From a virus, in IMG/VR virus record IMGVR_UViG_3300023213_000527: 44,243 bases of DNA, one strand, 5' to 3'. Within the stretch, counting starts at the first letter, position 1. Every line of letters begins with the position of its first letter. The position numbers and the translations under genes were made by a program. Of the stretch, positions 1-10,900 are shown piece by piece. The notes beneath the pieces were generated by a model. It was not told the DNA's origin, did no database searches, and saw only the letters and a list, made by a program, of their open reading frames with translations.

Positions 1-752
1 GCTCCCCTTTTATGCCTCGTTCTGGCGGAACCATCGATTACGTTTTGTTTAGCGGATAACGGGCGTAGATTTTCTAGAGACCAGCATTTCTTAAAATTTT
101 CCTCTTCCATAGAAATATATGGAAGATCTGAGCGAGGAATAATGTGGTCTAATTGCCAAGTCCAAGTGGATGAATCGTTATCTTTCCACATTTTGGAATT
201 ATACCTACCACGATTTTTCCAATTCATCCATGGTTCAAAACATGCTTCGATGTGTGCGCATAACTCTTCAATAGTATAGGATAAGTATTTGAGAGAAGAA
301 CGCCTAAATTTATTTCCTCCATTGCGTTTAATGGAACTTTTGATGACAGAACGTATCGTTTCACCAATTGCATAAATAGGATTATTTTTTCTTCTTTTTC
401 TCTCTCGTGCATTTACTTTCGGACGATTTTTCTTTTTGTAGGTACTTATATCTGCTATGATTCTTTCTCTATTAGCTTCATAGTGTGCTTTTCTTTGGAT
501 TTTGCGGGCTTCTTTAACATGAACATTGTATTCTCTTTTTTGTGCCAAAATATCTTCTCTATGGACGAGGTAATATTCCTGATTTGCAATATGCACTTTT
601 TTAGGATCTCTCTTCGCTAAAATCTCTGCCTTATTTCGAGCATACCTATCTCGGCTATCTGCGTTTCTGCATACTTTGCAATTAACTTTGCTTAATGAAA
701 AGTCAGATAATAGTTTCGTTTGCTTACATTTTGTACAAACTCTCGTTTCCAT
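1..752 (-). CDS. HNH/endonuclease VII-like homing endonuclease (3' end runs off the window; not in the ORF track)
   Basis: Manual translation from ATG at 752: METRVCTKCK...NCKVC...LCAHIEACFEPWMNWKN...TWQLDHIIPRSDLPYISMEEENFKKCWSLENLRPLSAKQNVIDGSARTRHKRG, open to position 1; same C-terminal domain as the other paralogs. Confidence 0.85.
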   Translation of the reverse strand, partial: METRVCTKCKQTKLLSDFSLSKVNCKVCRNADSRDRYARNKAEILAKRDPKKVHIANQEYYLVHREDILAQKREYNVHVKEARKIQRKAHYEANRERIIADISTYKKKNRPKVNARERKRRKNNPIYAIGETIRSVIKSSIKRNGGNKFRRSSLKYLSYTIEELCAHIEACFEPWMNWKNRGRYNSKMWKDNDSSTWTWQLDHIIPRSDLPYISMEEENFKKCWSLENLRPLSAKQNVIDGSARTRHKRG

Positions 753-782
753 ATTTATCCATATATCACTAATTCCACCGAA

Positions 783-1214
783 TTAGATAGTGCTCACTGA
801 AAATGCTGTGGAAATTGGTTTGAATCCCTTAGTCATTACTCCCACTCTAACATCAAACAATCTCGGGTCAATTTGGCTTCTTTGTACTGTTATCTCCAAA
901 ATAGCACTCAATTGCTCATCAGCACTTACTCTTTGGAAAGATTTGACCTGAATATCTTGTAAATTTTTGAGATTTTCTAAAGTAGTATTGAGTTGAGATT
1001 TGGCAACTTGGACTAATACCGAGTTGTAGAGGGGGGTGCCTACGAGAGTGCGAGAAATAAAGGAGCCATACCATGGATGCATAGGCAAACTGCCAGCACC
1101 GGTTAGACATATTTTAAGAATATCTTGAATCAGCTTTTCGGAATCGATCACTGTTTGCAGTTGCCCATTTTTGAGAACAAGATCTCCTTTTATAATTTTC
1201 AAATCAAATGACAT
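783..1214 (-). CDS. Baseplate wedge / sheath-initiator protein, gp25-like
   Basis: 143 aa; DLKIxxGDL...KLIQDIxKIxLTxxGSxPxHPWYGS pattern typical of gp25/XkdS-like proteins; lies downstream of hub and spike genes. Confidence 0.7.
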   Translation of the reverse strand: MSFDLKIIKGDLVLKNGQLQTVIDSEKLIQDILKICLTGAGSLPMHPWYGSFISRTLVGTPLYNSVLVQVAKSQLNTTLENLKNLQDIQVKSFQRVSADEQLSAILEITVQRSQIDPRLFDVRVGVMTKGFKPISTAFSVSTI

Positions 1215-1215
1215 A

Positions 1216-1992
1216 TTATTTTCCTACCTTATTGTGTCGTGTTTGTCTAGCTCCCTCAATGATATTCTGTTTAGCAGATAATGGACGAAGATTTTCTAAT
1301 GCCCAACATTTTTTAAACTCCTCATCTTCTGCATTAAAATAAGAAAACTCTGAACGGGGTTTTATATGATCAATTTGCCACGCCCAAGTAGATACGTCAT
1401 TGTCATCCCAAATTTTTGGATCATATTTTCCATGATTATTCCAATTCATCCATGGTTCGAAGAGATTTTCTAGATGTTCCATTAATTGAATCGATGTATA
1501 ATCTAAGTATTTAAGGCATGACTGTTCACCCGATTTGCCTCCATTTTGACGTATGCTGTTTTTGATAAGTGTTCGTACATTTTCTGTTAGTTTATAAAGC
1601 GGGTTGCTTTTTCGTTTTTCTCGTAGTTTAGCATTATTTTTTTCTTTATTTTTCTTTTTAGATTTTGCATTTATTGCGTTGATTCGATTTTTATTATTTC
1701 TTCTATAGCTTTTTTGGCACACGGCAATGCTGCTTTTGTTCGTTTGGTAATGTTGTCGTTTTTTTTTATTAATTTTCTCTTTATTCTTTTTTCGGTATGT
1801 TTTATTATAGAGAGAGATTTTTGTTTTATTTTCTTGATAATGGCATTGTTGAATTGGTTTTTGTCTTTCCCATCGACATTTTTTGCACGTATTACGATGA
1901 TAGATTTTACCATTTCTGTTAAGTGCTGTCCCGAACTGGCTCAATTCTTTTTCTACGTCACATACGTGACATGTTTTTGTATCAGTTGGCAT
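1216..1992 (-). CDS. HNH/EndoVII-like homing endonuclease
   Basis: CxxC..CxxC N-terminus, Lys/Arg-rich helix, WQIDHIKP...CWALENLRPLSAKQN; ATG at 1992 has GGGGA upstream (track start 2004). Confidence 0.85.
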   Translation of the reverse strand: MPTDTKTCHVCDVEKELSQFGTALNRNGKIYHRNTCKKCRWERQKPIQQCHYQENKTKISLYNKTYRKKNKEKINKKKRQHYQTNKSSIAVCQKSYRRNNKNRINAINAKSKKKNKEKNNAKLREKRKSNPLYKLTENVRTLIKNSIRQNGGKSGEQSCLKYLDYTSIQLMEHLENLFEPWMNWNNHGKYDPKIWDDNDVSTWAWQIDHIKPRSEFSYFNAEDEEFKKCWALENLRPLSAKQNIIEGARQTRHNKVGK

Positions 1993-2027
1993 AGTTCCCC
2001 ACAACTATGCCAAATTATTGGATGTTC

Positions 2028-3713
2028 TCAATCCGACAATCCATTTCCTTGCCGTAGATCTTTGTAAATCTTGTCCATAATGTTGTAAAAATCTTTGACC
2101 TTAACAATGAAAGATTGTTGAGCTTTGACAATACCCGGACTACTAATTCCTGTGGTGTTAATGTCGGGCAATTTCACTAATCGCACAATTGCATCATCAT
2201 CTAAGAAACCTAGTATATCACTTTGAGGCATGATGTATAAAGCGCCCATAATGGCAATAATATCACACAGTCCCAACCCACTAAATTCTCCCATGATAAT
2301 TTCTACAGTTCGCAAAGCATCATTAGCAATAGCTAAATCGTGGCTTCTAATTTTCTTTTGAGCGTCCAATTGTTTTTCTACCACGTTGCCAAAAGCTTCT
2401 GTTGTATCTCGGTCAAAAGTGGTAGCGAAGGATTCGAAGGCGAACCCACCAATGTCAGGAGTGCCGGTATTAGACGCAGATTGAGCATTAAATTGACTTG
2501 CAGTTTGTTTGAGAGTGGCATTGATGATGGCCCGATCTGCCGGTGTAATGAAATCTTCTGGTAATTGACTAGATATAATAACATCTCTAACTTGGGAACC
2601 ATCTTCTGGCCCTTTGGTAGATGGAATTGGTAACCAGTAGTATTTAGACTGAATCCTTTGGATCTTAAGCTGAGCATCTACTAGTTTAGCGCACATTGTT
2701 CTAATAATATCGAAGTATTTGATGAACTGGAGCTGATCTCCCAATTTATAAGGATCATTAGCTGCCATTTGTTTAATCAACGGTTCGTCTTGAACAGAAG
2801 GCACGCTCAAAACATAGTTGGCAAAAGTTTGTCCAGCAGTTCCTAAAGTATTTTGTTGATTTTGAACTGTGAGACGATCTCGAATTACTTTTTCAATCAG
2901 AGGGCGCTTAACAAAAGTGTTTTCTCCAATCAACAAATCTGATTTATTGGGAACGAATGGAACGGCAACTCTACGTGAAGCAGGACTAACAGTGAAGTCT
3001 ATTCGAGGATCTACCATAAATGGCTTTATAAAATGAAATCTTTTGATTTTTAATAAGGAAGTGTTAGGTTTATTACCGAATTCATCAATGTAATCAGTCA
3101 GAAGCACTCTATTATTAAATCCAATCAATCCGTGCAAATCGGGGGGTGGTTCAGATTGATTTTCGGCTGAAAAATCAAATGGATCATTACTTTCTTTTGC
3201 TAAGACATTGAAAGGTCTAACATGAGAACTAGAAGAAAGTGCCAAAACACTAGCGGTAATGGTTTTATTAACAGAAAAAACTTTAGCAATATCATTGACG
3301 TATTGCTCTCGTTGAGTGCTAATAGGTTGAAAATTATTAAACGGGTTGTCCGCAATTCCAATCTTATCATCCAAGGAAATAGTTTTGTTGGGATCAAAAA
3401 TTTTGTCATATCCGGGATTATAGAATCTGATACTGTCCTTAGAAACTACTGGAAAGCCGATCAATCTATAAAACGCATGCAAACGACTTTCTTGCGGAGT
3501 TCTTTCCGCCTTTAAAGATTGAACCAATCCCGCAATAGTAGTGCCGCTCAATGTATTTAAAATAGCCTGATTAACAGGATTAGATATATTGACCACACTT
3601 CGCACTGCATCAATTTCTTGAATAAGATCTGAAAAGATCTTATCAATATCAATGTCGAAATTTTGTGGATCTTGAAAATTAGCTTGGTTAGGTATTTTAG
3701 TGGAGACTACCAT
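2028..3713 (-). CDS. Hypothetical virion/baseplate-region protein
   Basis: 561-aa ORF, start overlaps the upstream stop (TAATG); no recognisable motif. Confidence 0.6.
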   Translation of the reverse strand: MVVSTKIPNQANFQDPQNFDIDIDKIFSDLIQEIDAVRSVVNISNPVNQAILNTLSGTTIAGLVQSLKAERTPQESRLHAFYRLIGFPVVSKDSIRFYNPGYDKIFDPNKTISLDDKIGIADNPFNNFQPISTQREQYVNDIAKVFSVNKTITASVLALSSSSHVRPFNVLAKESNDPFDFSAENQSEPPPDLHGLIGFNNRVLLTDYIDEFGNKPNTSLLKIKRFHFIKPFMVDPRIDFTVSPASRRVAVPFVPNKSDLLIGENTFVKRPLIEKVIRDRLTVQNQQNTLGTAGQTFANYVLSVPSVQDEPLIKQMAANDPYKLGDQLQFIKYFDIIRTMCAKLVDAQLKIQRIQSKYYWLPIPSTKGPEDGSQVRDVIISSQLPEDFITPADRAIINATLKQTASQFNAQSASNTGTPDIGGFAFESFATTFDRDTTEAFGNVVEKQLDAQKKIRSHDLAIANDALRTVEIIMGEFSGLGLCDIIAIMGALYIMPQSDILGFLDDDAIVRLVKLPDINTTGISSPGIVKAQQSFIVKVKDFYNIMDKIYKDLRQGNGLSD

Positions 3714-5863
3714 TAATCACCTCTCCCTTCCCCCGTATCTGCTAAATCTGTCTCATCTCTTCTTGGCTTGCCATCAGTGTCACCATCTGCAGTTGGCGAA
3801 ATTGGGATGGTAAGAGTATGAACGAACTGATAAGTAAGTGATTGCAAAGTGTGAGTTGGACTAACAGTAGCATCCGTTGGAACTGTATTGGTGCAAAAAA
3901 TATTGTTATCAAAAGAAACCATGAGCGAACCAGTGCCAGGATTATTACTGGTAATGTTAGCGGTAAATGTCTTGTATCCATCATAGACAAAATTGCTAAT
4001 ATTACCAAAAGTAATGAATGCTTTGAGGCGTGAAGCTATGTTAGCTGAGACATCGGAAGATAGTCCCGAAGTGAGTGATAAACCATTTCTTTCATTAATA
4101 TTAACAGAAACTACGATTGATTGAGTAGTAAATTGAACGCTTGGAGCCAAAGTGAATGTGCTCTTGCAAGCATCAAAACCAATGCCCACCAAGGATCCCA
4201 AAGCATTATTAGTATCAGATTTCAATTTTTGGAGACAAGCATTAGCAGTAGCTTGAAAAGTGGCTACACCGTCGGGAGTTAAATTGCTACGAAGTCCCGA
4301 CAAAGCTGTCGATAAACATTGTTGCGCCGCGCCGGGATCTGGGAAAGCCACACCAGTGAGAAGACCATTTAATGCTTGACCTTTCGTTGTAATATCTCCA
4401 GCAAAAGCAGTGTTGATGAATCCTTTGTTAAAAGCTACTGATGGAATGCACCCTAAAGTGATTAAATTCTTGCTAAACAAAATTTCAGTATGTGGATTAA
4501 ACGTATATTGCACGTTAGCAAAAGTATATCCATCACCCGGTGATAAATTTGGATTGAAAGCAAGTAAATCTGGCTGATGAATAAAATTTCCCAAAGTTGC
4601 CTGATCCGTGATAGATGTAACTCCATTGGGAGCAAATCCAGTCAATATAGTGGCTCCATCATCTTCAAATCCTTGCCCTCCTGCTAAAAGAAGAACGCCA
4701 TTGTTAATCGTTTGGTTGCTATTATTAAAAGTAGCGAGTTGTCGAGTTGGTGCTTTAAGCACGATGCAATTGATGAACCGAATAAATCGAGCAGCACCGA
4801 TTCTGCCCCAATTTGATGGATTATAGAATAATCGAAGATCTAGCGTATATGCCGCTTGGTTAGGTGGAGTTTGGGCAGTATAAGAGGCGTCGGTTGGGAA
4901 GAAAATTGTCTTTGGTGCGGGAACATCATACCCATCAGTGATATTAATAAAAGCTTGAGTTTGTGTTTGGCTAGCATCATAAATTTGCCAACTTTCAGTT
5001 CTTGCATCCACGCTTAAGGTTCCAAATGGCGGTGGTAATGGTATTCCGCTATCAACTTTGACACGATTAAGATATTTGAGTGTGCCGGTTGTCAGAGTAT
5101 AAGAGTTTTTAACAATAGTAGGACAAACATCCGAAGTACAACAACTGCTACTATCACCACATGGTGGAATGGAAAAAATTAAATTTAAAATGTCTTTGAA
5201 GATCTGAATGAAAATAACAAATAGAGATAAAAGAACGAATAAATTCTGAAAAGTGCAGAGAAGTGTGCCAATCTTTTTAGAGATAGCTAAGACAGAGTTA
5301 GAATCAGCATCCTGAAAAGCTTTGACTAGTGCATTGATATTGCGCAATAGAGATTGAATCAACTTTAGAATTTGAGAAATAATATATTCGATGAGAGCGA
5401 GAAGAAGGAGAAGAAGAGAGATGATCATAATAATCATAGCGAAAATAGGAAATAAATTTAATACTGGGGGCAAACAAGTTCTGAATAACTTGATCATGGC
5501 AGAAATGAGTTTGAATGGATTGGAAATCGCACAGAGTACTTCTATAATGCACATAATAAGATTAAGAATGGGCAAAATAAGTTGATAAGACATCAAGAAA
5601 GGCATAAATTGATCTAATAATTTCATAATGCCATCATAAACATCTTTGCCCCAATTAACCGAAAGTTGTGGTTTCAAAATACCTGGCGGTATAATCATTT
5701 GAAGACTATTAAAAATATTAAGTAGATCTTCTGGGAATCCAGATCGAAAAGGAGCAATGTCTGGAAGTTGTGGACTAAATGGAGTCCCAAATCCCGGAAG
5801 TGGCGGACCAGAAGGACCAGATGGAGTAGAAATTGAAACGTCTGTAGGAGAACACGGAGACAT
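3713..5863 (-). CDS. Baseplate-region protein with N-terminal hydrophobic (putative TM) helices and beta-rich C-terminus
   Basis: 716 aa; Pro-rich start, long apolar stretches (e.g. FPIFAMIIMIISLLLLLLALIEYII), Cys cluster PPCGDSSSCCTSDVCP; follows the spike gene. Confidence 0.6.
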   Translation of the reverse strand: MSPCSPTDVSISTPSGPSGPPLPGFGTPFSPQLPDIAPFRSGFPEDLLNIFNSLQMIIPPGILKPQLSVNWGKDVYDGIMKLLDQFMPFLMSYQLILPILNLIMCIIEVLCAISNPFKLISAMIKLFRTCLPPVLNLFPIFAMIIMIISLLLLLLALIEYIISQILKLIQSLLRNINALVKAFQDADSNSVLAISKKIGTLLCTFQNLFVLLSLFVIFIQIFKDILNLIFSIPPCGDSSSCCTSDVCPTIVKNSYTLTTGTLKYLNRVKVDSGIPLPPPFGTLSVDARTESWQIYDASQTQTQAFINITDGYDVPAPKTIFFPTDASYTAQTPPNQAAYTLDLRLFYNPSNWGRIGAARFIRFINCIVLKAPTRQLATFNNSNQTINNGVLLLAGGQGFEDDGATILTGFAPNGVTSITDQATLGNFIHQPDLLAFNPNLSPGDGYTFANVQYTFNPHTEILFSKNLITLGCIPSVAFNKGFINTAFAGDITTKGQALNGLLTGVAFPDPGAAQQCLSTALSGLRSNLTPDGVATFQATANACLQKLKSDTNNALGSLVGIGFDACKSTFTLAPSVQFTTQSIVVSVNINERNGLSLTSGLSSDVSANIASRLKAFITFGNISNFVYDGYKTFTANITSNNPGTGSLMVSFDNNIFCTNTVPTDATVSPTHTLQSLTYQFVHTLTIPISPTADGDTDGKPRRDETDLADTGEGRGD

Positions 5864-5931
5864 TAATCGTCCTTATTAAAGCAATTAAGTATTTTTTCTT
5901 TTTGATATTCTTTGCTAGTCTTTGTTTTCAT
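5863..5931 (-). other. 22-codon mini-ORF (MKTKTSKEYQKEKILNCFNKDD), possible endonuclease-gene scar
   Basis: GATATATA motif 7 nt upstream; its TAA overlaps the next ATG; contains AAGGA RBS for the 716-aa gene. Confidence 0.35.
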
Positions 5932-5954
5932 TCATCTTTATATATCGAGCATTA

Positions 5955-7964
5955 TCAAATACTTCCGCCGAAATCCTTTAACACAAGCCTATTTTGCATG
6001 GTGATACTTTCAGCTTCAAATTCCATGTTTCCATCGGCTGACAATTTTAAATTTCCTTTAGCATGCATCGCCAAGTTTCCGGGAGTTAAAATTGTGATAC
6101 CGGTTTTGTCAAACCTCAACATATGAGTATAACCGCCATCAGTAAAGATCCGTAAATCCAATACTGCGCCTACACTTCCATTATTTTGATTAACAAAGCG
6201 GCTATCACCACTAACGCCGAACCCACCAACCTGAATAAAAACGTCTCCGTTCATAGAAATAGCAGCACTTTTACCTTGTAAATCTCTACCAATATTAGCT
6301 ATAATGCCACCTGCTGTGTCCAACCATAAGGATTGACGATCTATCGTATTAGCACCAATATTCATCTCAATAGAGCCATCGAAATTAAGGGAGCCACTAC
6401 GCCCACCAGCGTTAGCACTATCTCCAGATATATTAATGCTATTGGAAACTACATTTGTTAACAATGAAATAGATCCAATATTCACAGTGGTATTGGTATT
6501 AGTTCCAGTTTGAAATTGAAGAAATCCACTACTTTGATGAGCGTAACATGTTTGCAAAATGTCATGATAAACAGTTCCGTGCCTGATATGAGATCCAGTA
6601 ATTCGATCAATTGGGGCACCATCCGCTGTTCCATCTATCAATTTGATAGATCCTTTATCCGAGGACAGATCAAATCCGCTGAAGGATGGAGTGGCTGTGA
6701 AGGCTGCAAAAGAATCCTGAAAAATATCCAAATTGTCATCTCTGAAAATCAATTTATTTGGATTACCACTATCTTCTGGTCCGAAAGTAGAATAATTTTC
6801 ATAACGAGTTAATAATGGAACATTGCCCTTTTCACTGGATGCTGGCACATTTAATTTGAATTGTCCTTCCTTGTCAATATCCAAGAAAAATCTACTTCTA
6901 TTTCTGGCATAGTCGGCATTAGAAGTAATATCAGGAAGAATTAATTTGCCGTTCTTGCCAGTTAGATCTTTACGGGCATTCAATTCGAAATGGAAGGCCA
7001 AACTTTTACGTTCAATTTCTTTGATCTTGAGAAAAGATTGGATCTTATCGCTGGATTTGTCAGGACGAATGGTATTTTGCCCCTGTCCTATTGGAAGAGG
7101 AACTCTATTTAAATCCATTACGTTCCCAAAAATATCAACTACTGTGCCTTTAATGGTCTCCATCAAATAATTAGGGGCAACCAGTGTTAAACTTAAAGTA
7201 TCCGCTCGGCTTCGACGTCTGTTTGGAAAGGTAAAGTTTTGAATTGCTGGACTAACGTTGCCATACAAAGCTGACTCGCTTAAATCATCTTTTACGTCTG
7301 CCACATATTGAAATTCATACACCGTTTCCCTTTGTTCAACGAATGATGGATTTTTAACAGAACTAGTAACAATAGGATTAGAAGTAGTGGAAGGATCAAG
7401 AGCAATCACAAAAAAGTTGGGATCGTAATTGTCATCCTCTAATTTAGTATTCTGATCAAAATTAGTATTGATAACTTTATCCCTTTTAACAATTCCATTA
7501 ATTAAACGAGTTGCTTGAGTAAAACTATATTCATTGTAAAAATTAGTGCTGATAAAATTACGATCAGTATCAATGTGAATTCTGTTGCCATCCGATCCTA
7601 ACAATATCTCATTGTTAGTTTTCAAAGACATTTTAGTGGCATCATTAGAACGTATTAATAATTCTCCGGAAGATAAAGATGGCATAATGGGAACATTTTC
7701 CACCAGAAATGATACGAAGTAGTATTGTCCGCCACTACCTTGCCCAACTACCACTGGAGTTCCAGGTTGAGGCGTGGTTCCAATGAATAGTCCATTATTG
7801 TAAAAAAGAGCATGAGGCGCTGGAACTTCCACTGGAGTATTAGTCTTAGCAGAAACAGCAATATTAAGTTTAACTTTGATGATGTTCCTAGTTGCATCAT
7901 AACTGTCAATCCAGCCACGCCGTAATAAACCAACTTTTTCATCAAATGTATGAATATTGGGCAT
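5955..7964 (-). CDS. Central baseplate spike, gp5/gpV-like
   Basis: N-terminal OB-fold-like PxxGTPVVV motif, C-terminal short beta-strand repeats (NLAMHAKGNLKLSADGNMEFEAESITM); directly follows the hub gene. Confidence 0.6.
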   Translation of the reverse strand: MPNIHTFDEKVGLLRRGWIDSYDATRNIIKVKLNIAVSAKTNTPVEVPAPHALFYNNGLFIGTTPQPGTPVVVGQGSGGQYYFVSFLVENVPIMPSLSSGELLIRSNDATKMSLKTNNEILLGSDGNRIHIDTDRNFISTNFYNEYSFTQATRLINGIVKRDKVINTNFDQNTKLEDDNYDPNFFVIALDPSTTSNPIVTSSVKNPSFVEQRETVYEFQYVADVKDDLSESALYGNVSPAIQNFTFPNRRRSRADTLSLTLVAPNYLMETIKGTVVDIFGNVMDLNRVPLPIGQGQNTIRPDKSSDKIQSFLKIKEIERKSLAFHFELNARKDLTGKNGKLILPDITSNADYARNRSRFFLDIDKEGQFKLNVPASSEKGNVPLLTRYENYSTFGPEDSGNPNKLIFRDDNLDIFQDSFAAFTATPSFSGFDLSSDKGSIKLIDGTADGAPIDRITGSHIRHGTVYHDILQTCYAHQSSGFLQFQTGTNTNTTVNIGSISLLTNVVSNSINISGDSANAGGRSGSLNFDGSIEMNIGANTIDRQSLWLDTAGGIIANIGRDLQGKSAAISMNGDVFIQVGGFGVSGDSRFVNQNNGSVGAVLDLRIFTDGGYTHMLRFDKTGITILTPGNLAMHAKGNLKLSADGNMEFEAESITMQNRLVLKDFGGSI

Positions 7965-10900
7965 TATCCATTAGCCTTTGCTTGTTCGGGCGTTACTTGA
8001 TCAAATTTGATCCAACAATCTACTACAAAATTAAAGAGGGCAGATCGAATTTTATCTTTGGGTTGAGATGGAGTGATAACATTCGCTTTTTTGGAGGAAT
8101 TTTCAGTGGTATCTGGTTGGGGGAGTGCGCTATCCATCAAACTCACATTAGAAATATTATTTCGAGCAGCATCAAAAGCTTTTTGAGATGGAGATTTAGG
8201 TTGATTTTTATCGCTCATATTAACTTGCACTATGGAAACATTGCTAGGATTAAGATGTGGATTAGTGGCAACACCAGTCGTATTTTTGAACAACTGTTTA
8301 GGCCCGGCTCCCGGAGTAGTTAAAATTTTCTTAACTTTATTGGCAAACAACACAAGCTCATTATTAACCGCTTGGCTGTCATCAAAATAAACTCGCAACT
8401 CTACTGAAGCTTTAATGGTATTACCTTTGGAGTTATTAGCGTTGATACGATAAGCTGCCGTATAGAGAATATTATTGATCGTTTGTGCATTAAAAGTAGA
8501 GTAAGTATTGATTTGTTGGTTAGGATCCCCTCCCCCAATTAAATCACTAGAATCAAAAGTATTAGAGCTGAAAGCGCTATTGGTTCTACTTCGCTTATCT
8601 TTGAGCAAAACTCCTAGATTAGTTTCATTGAAAGCGCTGGTTTGTCTCTGAATCACAAAGTCATTGAGATCTCGATTATTATAGAGCATCTTACCAACCA
8701 CATCCAACGGTGTTGGAATGTATTCTCCAGGAGTATGTCCATAAGTGAGTTCCAAAGTAGTAGTGAAACCACTGGAATAGGTAAAGGAATGTCTTACCGA
8801 ACTAACATAAAAGAGCATTCCACGACTTTCCACAAAAACAACCTCACCGGGTTGCATAAATTCATTTCCAGAAATGGTGGCAGTTCCACGAAGGATATTA
8901 CGACGCGCCCTGGCCAATAGCATAGCTGCGTAGGGAGCACATTGAGTATTAGGATCTTTCAAAAATGGAACATTGATGGAATTTTGTTGTTTAAATCCAT
9001 AATTTCTCCACATATCATAATCTATCGCGGCACCCGTGACTAAACCGTTTCCTCCCGATGGAAAGACGTTAAGATCCGATGGTAAGCTGGTGCTTGAAAT
9101 AAAAGGATCTAGCTGCCCATGAACTTCAACATAAGTAAAATCTGGTGGAGTTTCGGTGATATTGATATTTCTAATTTGAGAATTTTTAATGATGTATCGG
9201 GTACCAGATCCTATTCCATAATCATCATAACTTTCATCTTCAATCATATGTTCAAACACTTCTGGAATTTGCTTGTTCCCAAAAATACCAGGCATTAATA
9301 ATTGTCCAGCAGTATTATCATTCTCATCATCTAGCGATTTAAATTCAGTAGCATTCTTGAGAGCACCATAAAGCAATTTTATAGCCTTTTGTCTATCTCG
9401 TATTTTATCAGCTAATTCTTGAATAGTTTTAAAAGAATCGATGATGGTGCCCGCAGGAAATGATGTTCCGCCTGTATCGCTAGCTCCGGGATCCAAAAAG
9501 GACGTTCGAGAAATCTCTTGACCGGAAGCATCTCTAATTCTATTGATGAGTCTATCAATGAGAGTATTATTTTGAAAAGCGTTGATGTCAGTAATACCAT
9601 ATCCTGCTTGAGCCAATTTACTAGAAGTAATAGAACCAATGGAATCCAGCACTGCCAAAACTCGCTGGGAAGTATTGAAAACATCTTTGGTGGATTTAGC
9701 TTGCCCTTCCAAACCAATGAAAGCGGTGCGAGCATCAGGCTGAACTGTATCTTGCTGATCTGGATTGGCGGCACGTATCAATTCTTTAATACTGATTATT
9801 TTGCCAGTAGCTTCATTAGATAAAAATCCAAACGAATCTCCACTTCCGCTGGTGGATCCATTGGATAAAATGAATGATTTAGCATCTGCATCGCTATTAA
9901 TACCAAGAACTGCACAATCCAACCGGATTTGATCTTCTAAAATCTCCACTTTTTGAATCAATGCTTTAATTTGTTCGGAAAATAAGTCATCTAAAAATTG
10001 AGGAAATACCTGAACTCCGCTAGCTTTCTTTAGATACATCATCCGATAAAAAATGGAAGCAGGCATTCTATTATACTGAGAAGGTCTGATTCTAATGTGT
10101 CCTTGAGTATCGCAGAAAACTTCAAGATCTAAAAGACCAGCAACATAGGAGATCTTTTCCCTAACACTGGTAAATTCATTATTGTAAAGTCTGATTCCAT
10201 CCGTCAAAACTGTCTCATAAGCAAGAATATCATAGTCCTTATCATAAAAATCATCCACAATGAACAAATTTTTGTCTTCATTTGCTCTAACATTATAGGA
10301 CATACGATGAGTTAAATAGTTCAATTGACGTCTCAACAATCTACGTAATCCCGGATCGTTGGCTTGCTTGCTAGATTTGTTAGAATCGATGAACTCATTG
10401 AAATCAAAAGAAGTATCACTTCCGAATTGAACCAGCCCTGAAAACTTTTTACGATCTTCTTGTTCCTTGGATACCAGATCCAAAACTCCGCTAGCTAAAA
10501 CATTTCTTTCTGCTTCCGCCGCCATTTTATCTTTATTGAAAGTATCTTTGTTGTCAAAAGCAATATCCACACCAGCCCCAAAAATAAGCATTTTACGACT
10601 TAAATCTGCAACTTTTTGAAGCTTAGTTTCTAAATCTTTATTTCGAGTGATGATGTTAAGTTGAGTTTGCATTAAAGCATATGTTTGTTCATCCATTACT
10701 AAATTTTTGAAAGGAACAAAGTTGCCCCACAGCGCGTTATTTTTGGACAGGTCATTTTTCAAAGCATCATAATAAGAATAAGCCGCGTCTTGTCCGCTTT
10801 GAGGATCTCTTCCACCAGAATCAAAATTGACCACCGTCTTCCAATAGTTAGCAAAGTTATATGGTTGTCCAGTGATTAGCAAAGATAAAACATTCATAAT

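Noticed and set aside
224-412. 62-aa ORF and the many other short overlapping or antisense ORFs in the track
   Set aside because: Shadow frames of longer genes with clear motifs; 224..412 lies inside the 1..752 HNH gene
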